Positions 1-6,332 of a DNA stretch of 10,578 nt are shown here, in pieces. This DNA is from Candidatus Eiseniibacteriota bacterium. Lineage in GTDB: Bacteria; Eisenbacteria; RBG-16-71-46; JABDJR01; JAWXBZ01. The number at the start of each line of letters is the position of its first letter. Position 1 is the stretch's first letter. The translations under genes and the position numbers were made by a program. Location of the stretch: positions 1-10,578 of the forward strand of contig JAWXBZ010000202.1 of NCBI GenBank assembly GCA_034440375.1, written 5' to 3'. A model generated the notes under the pieces. It saw nothing but the letters and a program-made list of their open reading frames with translations, searched no databases and had not been told where the DNA came from.

Positions 1-28
1 ACAGGGAGTCGAGGACAGGGAGTCGAGG
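1..28. repeat. 14-bp perfect tandem repeat (ACAGGGAGTCGAGG x2), possibly continuing beyond the window
   Basis: Positions 1-14 and 15-28 are identical. Confidence 0.85.
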
Positions 29-37
29 CAACTCCCT
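17..37 (-). terminator. Hairpin downstream of the hypothetical gene (possible terminator or REP-like element)
   Basis: Inverted repeat AGGGAGT (17-23) / ACTCCCT (31-37). On the minus strand it folds AGGGAGUUG-CCU-CGACUCCCU, 9 bp including one G-U pair. It lies about 20 nt after the stop at 57. There is no U-tract. Confidence 0.35.
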
Positions 38-56
38 CAGGCAACGTCAAGGAAAC

Positions 57-464
57 CTACGAGCTGCGCCGCCTGGGAGGCCTCCCCTGCGAACACACCA
101 CCACTTTCATGCCGGGATATTGCTCCAACAGCGGCCGAAGCACCGAATCATCCTTGCCGCACAGCGCCACCGACTCAACCGTTCGAGCCCCCAACCGCGC
201 CAGGAGTTGCGCCGAGACCAGTGCCTGCCCGACCAGGTTCATTCCCATTCGTCCAACCTTCGTCGACAGAACAATGACATCCTTCCCCTCGACAGGCGCC
301 TCCGCCTGCCCCGCCACCCGATTTTCGCCCGCCGGGAAAATGACGGCGTCCAGGACGCGCCGACCACAGTCAGCCCCCTCCTCCACCACCACATAATCTT
401 CGACAAGCATCCCGCCAACCTGTTTCCAGTACCAGCGGGTCATGGATGTCTCGTGTTTGCTCAT
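57..464 (-). CDS. Hypothetical protein, 135 aa, possible PD-(D/E)XK nuclease-like fold
   Basis: The ATG at 464 (MSKHET...) is preceded by AAGGAAGGGAG, so it is preferred over 515. The composition looks globular alpha/beta. The pattern is E5 ... RRVLD39AVI ... VIVLS67TK69 ... GQ80. Confidence 0.75.
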   Translation of the reverse strand: MSKHETSMTRWYWKQVGGMLVEDYVVVEEGADCGRRVLDAVIFPAGENRVAGQAEAPVEGKDVIVLSTKVGRMGMNLVGQALVSAQLLARLGARTVESVALCGKDDSVLRPLLEQYPGMKVVVCSQGRPPRRRSS

Positions 465-588
465 TGGGCTCCCTTCCTTGCACCTGCGCCAACTCGGCCT
501 TTGACCTGCGGGCATAGCTGCGATCTGTTTTTTGATTCACGCGGACAGCGCCATGCGCGCCATATGCGGTGTATTCGCCCTGCACCTC

Positions 589-618
589 ATTCAGGCAGTG
601 GATGCCATTAACCTGAAT
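589..618. other. Stem-loop at the 3' end of the antitoxin gene
   Basis: Inverted repeat ATTCAGG (589-595) / CCTGAAT (612-618) with an inner TGG-ATG-CCA stem. It abuts the antitoxin stop and has no U-tract. Confidence 0.3.
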
Positions 619-986
619 CACCTCGGGCTGCGCTTCCCCGCCTTGGAAGTGACAGCAACACGATCTGCTGATCGCCGAAGCCTCCTGACCGGTGCTCGCC
701 TCTCCCCATGGCCACGCTCAATCGAGATTCGTTCCGCCAGGTAGATCTTGAGGAGCGACTGGTAGGGCACATCGCGCTGGTTGGCCAGTGCTTTGAGTTC
801 CGCCAGGAGTGACGCGGGGAGCCGAAGAGAGATCGTTTCCGTGGAGGGCTTGAGGTTTGGGAAAAAGCCAAGGCGTGCCTTGCTCCAGTCGACGTAGTCG
901 GCAGAGTCGGCGGATTCCCAGAACTTGCGCTCTTCGGACTCGGTCTTGAACTTGGGAATTGGCTTAAGCTTCGACGGCTTTGGCAT
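618..986 (-). CDS. Type II antitoxin, CopG-antitoxin/BrnA family (ribbon-helix-helix)
   Basis: Family-typical IPKFKTESEERKFWE..DS.DY.DW N-terminus, then PNLKPST.TISLRLP..LL..LK..A....VPYQSLLKIYL (RHH). It overlaps the brnT 3' end by 23 nt, with a GAGG SD at 997-994. Confidence 0.92.
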   Translation of the reverse strand: MPKPSKLKPIPKFKTESEERKFWESADSADYVDWSKARLGFFPNLKPSTETISLRLPASLLAELKALANQRDVPYQSLLKIYLAERISIERGHGERRAPVRRLRRSADRVAVTSKAGKRSPR

Positions 987-1278
987 ATGCGGACCTCTCT
1001 CGCCGACTCATCGTCCGGGCGGAAATGACCCGGAGCAGGTCATTTCGCAGCGTGAAGACGATCATCAGCTTGCGATCGGCGTCGGTACGGCCCAGCGCAA
1101 AATAGCGCTGCTCGCCGCTTGAATGTTGCTTATCCTCGACCACTACAAGTGGCAGGTTGAAAAATACCTGCTCCGCTTCGGCGCGATTGACCTGATGGCG
1201 ACGCCAGTTCTTGTCGCTGTTACCCTCATCCCACTGGAATCCGGTGATTCCTTCGAAGTACTCGGGCGGCGGCGGCAT
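964..1278 (-). CDS. brnT: BrnT family ribonuclease toxin (type II TA)
   Basis: Motifs GFQWDEGNSDKNWRRH, EAEQVF, HS.GEQRY..LG.T, VFTLR...RVISAR.M.RRER..Y. The toxin-before-antitoxin order is typical of BrnTA. Confidence 0.93.
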   Translation of the reverse strand: MPPPPEYFEGITGFQWDEGNSDKNWRRHQVNRAEAEQVFFNLPLVVVEDKQHSSGEQRYFALGRTDADRKLMIVFTLRNDLLRVISARTMSRRERSAYAKAVEA

Positions 1279-1284
1279 TGATTT

Positions 1285-1313
1285 AGTATATTACTCCAAT
1301 ATACATTCCGCAA
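1285..1313 (-). promoter_or_regulatory. Sigma70-like promoter of the TA operon
   Basis: -35 TTGCGG (1313-1308), a 17-bp spacer, then -10 TATACT (1290-1285). Only 6 nt separate the -10 from the brnT ATG at 1278. Confidence 0.75.
1286..1304. promoter_or_regulatory. Palindromic operator (likely antitoxin autorepression site)
   Basis: Perfect inverted repeat GTATATT-actcc-AATATAC overlapping the -10 and spacer. It is an AT-rich island in a GC-rich background. Confidence 0.75.
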
Positions 1314-1316
1314 GCG

Positions 1317-3194
1317 TCACTTCCGCTGTTCCCCGACCCGCTCCAATGCCACTTTGTTCAGCGGATCCTCCCTGAGCACGACCTCGTACGCCGCCGTGGC
1401 CCCCGCCTTGTCCCCATTCCGCCAAAGCACCGAGCCGAGATTTGCGTACGCGTCATACCAGGCTCCATGGCTCGAACGAATCGCCTCGGTGAAGCGCCGT
1501 GCCGCCGGCTCGTACTCCTTGCGAAAGTAGCAAAATAGTCCGATGTAGAAGTCATCGCCTGGAAACTGTTGACGGCGGAACAGGCCGTCCGCCCAGCGGG
1601 CGAAAGCGCCGGGGCGTGGGGGACCCCCCATTTCTGGAAGTTGATTCCATGGGATTGATGGCGGTCCCGGCGCCAGTAGCGCCCCCAACCGCGGATCAAT
1701 CATCCCCTCCACCCGATCCCGTACATCCGCCCGATCCACCCGCAAAAACACCGCCGCCAAACCATCCACGTGCGCCAAACGCCACCGCGGATCCGCCGAC
1801 AATCGCCGAATCAACTCGGGCGCCCCCGCGTACGGCGTCACAATCCACCCAATCCCATGCCGCGCCACCGCCTGCTCCAGCGCCACCTCGGAGGAAAGGA
1901 TCCGACCGTAGTCGTTGAAGAACGACTCCCCCACTACCTCGAGTCGCCCGTCGATGAATACGGGTCCCTTCGTCGCCCACATCAAATAGCCGCCGAAGTT
2001 GAGGTGGTTGAGCATCGCACCGGGCATGTTGACCTTGTTGGCGAAGGCCGCGGCTTCAACCGGAAGGATCAGGCGATTCCAGCCGACACCGATGCGATCC
2101 GTGCGGCGCGTATCGAGGTAGTACGCATCGTGGAAGACGCGCAGTGACAGGACGATGGCGGCCACGATGGCGGCGACAGGGAGAGCGCGACGCAGGATCG
2201 GGTGCTGCCAGCGTCGCTCGATCCACCTCCCTATTGGCATGGCGGCAATCAATGCCGGCAGTACGATGATGACGGCCAGCGGGATGTTGCGAGTCATCCG
2301 GACACCCAGCGGCGCGAAGGCCAGCGCCAACAGCAAGGCGGTGTATTGCTTCTTGCGGAGCCAGGTGACGGCGGCGAGAGCCGTCAGGGCCATGAGGATG
2401 CAGAAGGTCCAGAGGGGCCAGGCTGGGTAGTTGGGGAATTGCTGGCTCAGTTGGACTGAGAATGGGGAGATGAACTCCCCGATGGATTGGGCGAACGGGT
2501 TGCTCGACTGGAAACGTGTCAGGAGCGTAAACGGGAAGCGGACGCCCTCGAAGCCGTAGGGGTTCACGAACGATACGGCGATGGCGGCTACCAGGGCCAG
2601 CGCGAGGCCGCGATCGAATTTCTTCGTTTCCAGCCAGCCGCCGACCACGTAAATGAGCAGGACCAGCCAGCCGAGGATGAAGAGGCTGTGTGTGTTTGCC
2701 CAGATCAATTGCACGATGACGAAGAGCCAGGCGGGTGTCGGGCGGCCCACCGCCCGACGTGACAATAGATAGGTCTGCAGAGCCAGGAGGGCGTACGAGA
2801 TCATTTCGGGCCTGGGTTCGTAGCGCAATTCCATCGCGATGGTGGCCATGAGGAGGCCAAGCGTCAGTGCCAGTTCGTCGAGTTTGGGGTTGAGGCGGGC
2901 TCTCATCGTGATAAGGGCGAGGATGGCCAGCGTGAGGACCATGGTCAGGAACGTGAGGCCGGCGGGGCCGGTGAGGCGGTGGACCTGGGCCACCAGGACA
3001 TCGAAACCCCAACTGGTGTCGATGTAGGCGTGGTCCTTCATGGTGTCGGTGAAGGGGTCGGTCTGGGGCCAGCCGTGGCCGCTCAGGATGTACTCGCCGG
3101 TCTTGAGGTGGAAGCCGAGGTCGGCGCTGCCGAGTTGTCGGCAGGAGAGGAGTGCGGCCAGCAGGAACGCCAGGGCGATGAGGAGGCGGTTCAC
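1317..3194 (-). CDS. Polytopic membrane protein, putative GT-C-fold glycosyltransferase, with C-terminal TPR
   Basis: About 10-13 hydrophobic segments. Motifs DLGFHLKTGEYIL..P.TDPF after TM1, RPEMIS, IWANTHSLF, NPYG, EFISP and GGYL.W....VFIDGR. The TPR-like end reads AYANLGSVLWRNGDKAGA..AYE.VL..DP. The GTG start overlaps the mobA stop (GTGA). Confidence 0.8.
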   Translation of the reverse strand: MNRLLIALAFLLAALLSCRQLGSADLGFHLKTGEYILSGHGWPQTDPFTDTMKDHAYIDTSWGFDVLVAQVHRLTGPAGLTFLTMVLTLAILALITMRARLNPKLDELALTLGLLMATIAMELRYEPRPEMISYALLALQTYLLSRRAVGRPTPAWLFVIVQLIWANTHSLFILGWLVLLIYVVGGWLETKKFDRGLALALVAAIAVSFVNPYGFEGVRFPFTLLTRFQSSNPFAQSIGEFISPFSVQLSQQFPNYPAWPLWTFCILMALTALAAVTWLRKKQYTALLLALAFAPLGVRMTRNIPLAVIIVLPALIAAMPIGRWIERRWQHPILRRALPVAAIVAAIVLSLRVFHDAYYLDTRRTDRIGVGWNRLILPVEAAAFANKVNMPGAMLNHLNFGGYLMWATKGPVFIDGRLEVVGESFFNDYGRILSSEVALEQAVARHGIGWIVTPYAGAPELIRRLSADPRWRLAHVDGLAAVFLRVDRADVRDRVEGMIDPRLGALLAPGPPSIPWNQLPEMGGPPRPGAFARWADGLFRRQQFPGDDFYIGLFCYFRKEYEPAARRFTEAIRSSHGAWYDAYANLGSVLWRNGDKAGATAAYEVVLREDPLNKVALERVGEQRK

Positions 3195-3796
3195 CGGGGC
3201 GGCGTATCGAGGTCGGCGGGGGTGTTGATATTGGTGATGGCGCGGCGGAGAGGGTCGGTTGGGTCGTCGGCGATGGTGAGCATTCGGGTCGTCAGATGAT
3301 GGACCAACAGGCGCGGGGCCGGGACGGCAGTTGTCGACAAGGCGCGCAGAGCCAGGGCGAGAGGCGCTCGGCGGCCGAGGGTCAGGAGGGGTTCGGGGCC
3401 GCGTTCGGACTCCGGCATGACCAGGTCGACCGGCGGATCGGCGGTGACCATCGCCTCGATCAGCTGGTCCAGCGCGGCCGGCGTGGCGTCCGCCAGGTCG
3501 ACGGCCAGGAACAGTATGTACGGGCGCTCCGTCTGCGCGAGGCCGGCCAGCATCCCGGCCAATGGGCCGGTGACTTCCGGCGGATCGAGGGCCAGCGTCC
3601 GGCCGAACTCCTCGTAGCGGCGCACGGGACCGCAGGCCAGGATCACCTCGTCCGCGCGGGTACCGGCGCAGTCGATGGCGCGCTGGAGAAACGTGCGGCC
3701 GCCGCGCGTGGCAATCGCCTTGTCGGCGCCGAAGCGGCGGCTTTGGCCACCGCAGAGAATGATGGCGGCGATCTGGGCCGGGGGAATGGACATCAC
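3191..3796 (-). CDS. mobA: Molybdenum cofactor guanylyltransferase (MobA-like NTP transferase)
   Basis: Motifs IILCGGQSRRFGADKA, GPLAGMLAGL, LFLAVDL, PEPL and NINTPADL. GGGGAG SD lies 7 nt before the GTG at 3796; the ATG at 3793 is an alternative start. Confidence 0.88.
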   Translation of the reverse strand: MMSIPPAQIAAIILCGGQSRRFGADKAIATRGGRTFLQRAIDCAGTRADEVILACGPVRRYEEFGRTLALDPPEVTGPLAGMLAGLAQTERPYILFLAVDLADATPAALDQLIEAMVTADPPVDLVMPESERGPEPLLTLGRRAPLALALRALSTTAVPAPRLLVHHLTTRMLTIADDPTDPLRRAITNINTPADLDTPPR

Positions 3797-3800
3797 CGGC

Positions 3801-3896
3801 TTACTCCCCCCGAAATGCCCGCTCCATTGCCGCAATATCGATCTTCTTCAGAGCTTCTGCCAGTAATAGTCGACTTCGTCCTGGTTCTCGGGCCAT
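3801..3896 (-). CDS. Candidate small protein or leader peptide, 31 aa (MAREPGRSRLLLAEALKKIDIAAMERAFRGE)
   Basis: GGAGG SD (3909-3905) lies 8 nt before the ATG at 3896. Its last codons contain the mobA SD, and its TAA is 4 nt from the mobA GTG. The sequence looks like an amphipathic helix. Confidence 0.5.
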   Translation of the reverse strand: MAREPGRSRLLLAEALKKIDIAAMERAFRGE

Positions 3897-3949
3897 GGGC
3901 TGGTCCTCCAGTTGACCTTGAGATTTCGCCCATCGGGGCATCCGCCCGG

Positions 3950-3978
3950 GGCTGGAGAGGGTTGTATGCTTTCCAGCC
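3950..3978. promoter_or_regulatory. Inverted repeat in the divergent mobA/xdh intergenic region
   Basis: GGCTGGAGAG (3950-3959) / CTTTCCAGCC (3969-3978): 9 of 10 Watson-Crick pairs with a 9-nt loop. Confidence 0.45.
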
Positions 3979-4043
3979 AAATATACCGGCTTCCGCCTCA
4001 GCGTGTTCTGCTTCGAGGGCCGCTCCGGTTTCCCGACATCCCG

Positions 4044-4052
4044 TGGTATAAC
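4044..4052 (+). promoter_or_regulatory. Possible extended -10 promoter for the molybdenum hydroxylase operon
   Basis: TG-g-TATAAC ends 9 nt before the ATG at 4062. There is no clear -35. Confidence 0.35.
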
Positions 4053-4061
4053 AGGTGTCCT

Positions 4062-6332
4062 ATGAACGACGGTGAGCTTACCCCACCCATCCCCCGCCTC
4101 GACGGCCACGACAAGGTGACCGGCCGGGCCCAGTACGTGGATGACATCCAGATGCCGGGGATGCTGCATGGCGCCACCATCCGATCGACGATTGCCCGCG
4201 GCCGGATCACCGGAATCACGTTCGATCCAGCCCTGGACTGGTCCGGTTTCACGATCGTCACGGCGGCGGACATCCCCGGAAAGAACGAAGTGCTGCTCCT
4301 GACGAAAGACCAGCCGTTCCTGGCGGATGGGTATGTGCGGCATCATTCGGAGCCGATTCTGCTATTGGCGCACGAGGATCGGGAGATGCTGCGGCGGGCG
4401 GCGATGGCCATCACCATCTCCTACGCGGAGGAACCGCCCTGTCTCGATGTGCGCCAGGCGTTGCGGCCGGAGTTTCGGCAGCACGGCGATGACAACACGT
4501 TTCATGCGATTGACATCATCAAGGGGGATGTCGATGCCGGCTTCGAGTCGGCGGACCTCATCCTTGACGAGACCTACGAGACGGGGGCCCAGGAGCAGGC
4601 CTACATCGAGCCACAGGGGATGATCGCACGGCCGGCGCCCGATGGCGGCGGCGTCGAGATCTTCGGATCGCTGCAGTGCCCCTACTACGTCGTGAAGGCG
4701 GTCACACATCTGCTGGGAATTCCGGCCGGGGAGTTGCGCGTGGTTCAAACCACGACCGGCGGCGGCTTCGGCGGCAAGGAGGAGTATCCATCCATCGTGG
4801 CGGGGCATGCGGCGCTCCTGGCGTTGAAAAGCCGGCGGCCGGTGAAGCTGGTGTACGACCGCCACGAGGACATCCTGGCCACGACGAAACGGCACCCCTC
4901 GATCACGCGGGTGAAGGCCGGCGTCACGCTGGATGGAAAGCTGACGGCTCTCGAGATCGACCTGTTGCTCGACGGCGGGGCCTACGTGACGCTGACGCCG
5001 GTGGTCCTCTCGCGCGCATCGCTTCACGCCTCCGGGCCGTACGCGGTGCCGGACATCACGATTCGTGCCCGGGCTCGGCTGACCAACACGCCGCCGCACG
5101 GCGCCTTTCGCGGATTCGGCGCGCCGCAGAGCATCTTTGCCCTTGAGCGGCACATGGATCGACTGGCAGTCCGCCTCGGACTCTCACCCCTGGAGTTTCG
5201 ACGGCGGAACTACCTCAAGGTCGGCGCCACGATGGCCACGGGGCAGATCGTGCGGGATGACATCGACATGCACACGCTGGCCACGACGGTGTACGACCGG
5301 CTGGGTGGGGCGGAGCGCGAAGCGGAACTGGCGGCCGCCAATGCGCTCTCGCCATCCAAACGCTCGGCGCTGGGCTTTGCCGCCTTTTATCACGGCGCCG
5401 GCTTCACCGGTTCGGGCGAAGAACGGCTGGCCAGCCAGGTGGCGGCGCGGTTGACCGACGAGGGGGCCGTCGAAATCCTTTCCTCGAACACCGAGATCGG
5501 CCAGGGAACGATCACCATCTTCAGCATCATCGCGGCAAAAGCGCTGGGGCTGGATCCATCCGAAATTCGAGTGGCACCGCCGGACACTGCGCGCGTGCCC
5601 GATTCCGGGCCAACGGTGGCCAGCCGCACGGCCATGGTCGTGGGATATCTCGTGCAGCAGGCCGCGCTTGATCTGGCGGCGAAGCTGGCCGGGAAATTGT
5701 CAGATGAGCTCCGAACCGTGAGCGCCGAGTCGCTCCGCGGCGAGGCCTTCCGGCGCGCCGCGGGCCAGGCGGTCGAGCATGGATGGAAAGTCCTGGGCAG
5801 GAGCCGCTACGAAAAGCCGGCGTTCGTCCAGTGGGACGAGACGACCTATCGCGGCGACGCCTACGCCACCTACGCCTGGGCCGTGTACGGCTGCGAGGTG
5901 GAAGTCGATACACGCACCTTCGAAGTGAACGTGACGCGCTTCGTGGCCAATCAGGACGTCGGCGGCGTGCTGCACGCCACCCTGGCTGTCGGACAGATCC
6001 AGGGAGGCGTGGTTCAGGGACTCGGCTGGGCGCTGTGCGAACAGGTCATCTACAAGGATGGCGCGGTTCGAAACACGGCGCTGTCGACCTATGTGATCCC
6101 GACGTTCGTTGACGTGCCGCCGATCGAGGTTCTGTTTGCCGAAACGCCATATGAGTTCGGGCCAATGGGCGCCAAGGGAATCGGCGAATTGCCGATGGAT
6201 GGACCGGCGCCGGCCGTCCTGAACGCCATCGCGAAGGCTCTCGGCGTGGAACCCGAACAGGTGCCGTGCCGGCCGGAGTACCTGATGATGCTGGCCGATG
6301 CGGCGGCTCCTGTCGGAGGCACGCGTGGCTGA
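4062..6332 (+). CDS. Xanthine dehydrogenase family molybdopterin-binding (large) subunit, 756 aa
   Basis: Motifs R.DG..KVTGRAQYVDD, AYIEPQ, GGGFGGKE, KRHP, GAFRGFGAPQ, EIGQG, GPTVASR, GQIQGG..QGLG and AKGIGELP. Family homology begins right after the ATG at 4062. Confidence 0.96.
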   Translation: MNDGELTPPIPRLDGHDKVTGRAQYVDDIQMPGMLHGATIRSTIARGRITGITFDPALDWSGFTIVTAADIPGKNEVLLLTKDQPFLADGYVRHHSEPILLLAHEDREMLRRAAMAITISYAEEPPCLDVRQALRPEFRQHGDDNTFHAIDIIKGDVDAGFESADLILDETYETGAQEQAYIEPQGMIARPAPDGGGVEIFGSLQCPYYVVKAVTHLLGIPAGELRVVQTTTGGGFGGKEEYPSIVAGHAALLALKSRRPVKLVYDRHEDILATTKRHPSITRVKAGVTLDGKLTALEIDLLLDGGAYVTLTPVVLSRASLHASGPYAVPDITIRARARLTNTPPHGAFRGFGAPQSIFALERHMDRLAVRLGLSPLEFRRRNYLKVGATMATGQIVRDDIDMHTLATTVYDRLGGAEREAELAAANALSPSKRSALGFAAFYHGAGFTGSGEERLASQVAARLTDEGAVEILSSNTEIGQGTITIFSIIAAKALGLDPSEIRVAPPDTARVPDSGPTVASRTAMVVGYLVQQAALDLAAKLAGKLSDELRTVSAESLRGEAFRRAAGQAVEHGWKVLGRSRYEKPAFVQWDETTYRGDAYATYAWAVYGCEVEVDTRTFEVNVTRFVANQDVGGVLHATLAVGQIQGGVVQGLGWALCEQVIYKDGAVRNTALSTYVIPTFVDVPPIEVLFAETPYEFGPMGAKGIGELPMDGPAPAVLNAIAKALGVEPEQVPCRPEYLMMLADAAAPVGGTRG

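Noticed and set aside
1..40. CRISPR array
   Set aside because: The repeats are 14 bp, directly adjacent, and have no spacers.
370..621. 83-aa minus-strand ORF starting at a GTGA overlap with the antitoxin stop
   Set aside because: It overlaps the better-supported 57-464 gene by 95 nt and has no recognisable motif. It is not fully excluded, but it is unsupported.
465..720. Integron attC site after the TA pair
   Set aside because: No RYYYAAC...GTTRRRY pair with internal dyad symmetry was found; GTTAATG does not fit the consensus.
3897..4061. Canonical Moco/Tuco riboswitch
   Set aside because: I could not identify the conserved consensus elements by eye. It is retained only as a novel candidate structure.
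3912..4061. 50-aa N-terminal extension of the Mo subunit from the TTG at 3912
   Set aside because: Family homology begins after the ATG at 4062, and the extension covers the divergent promoter region.
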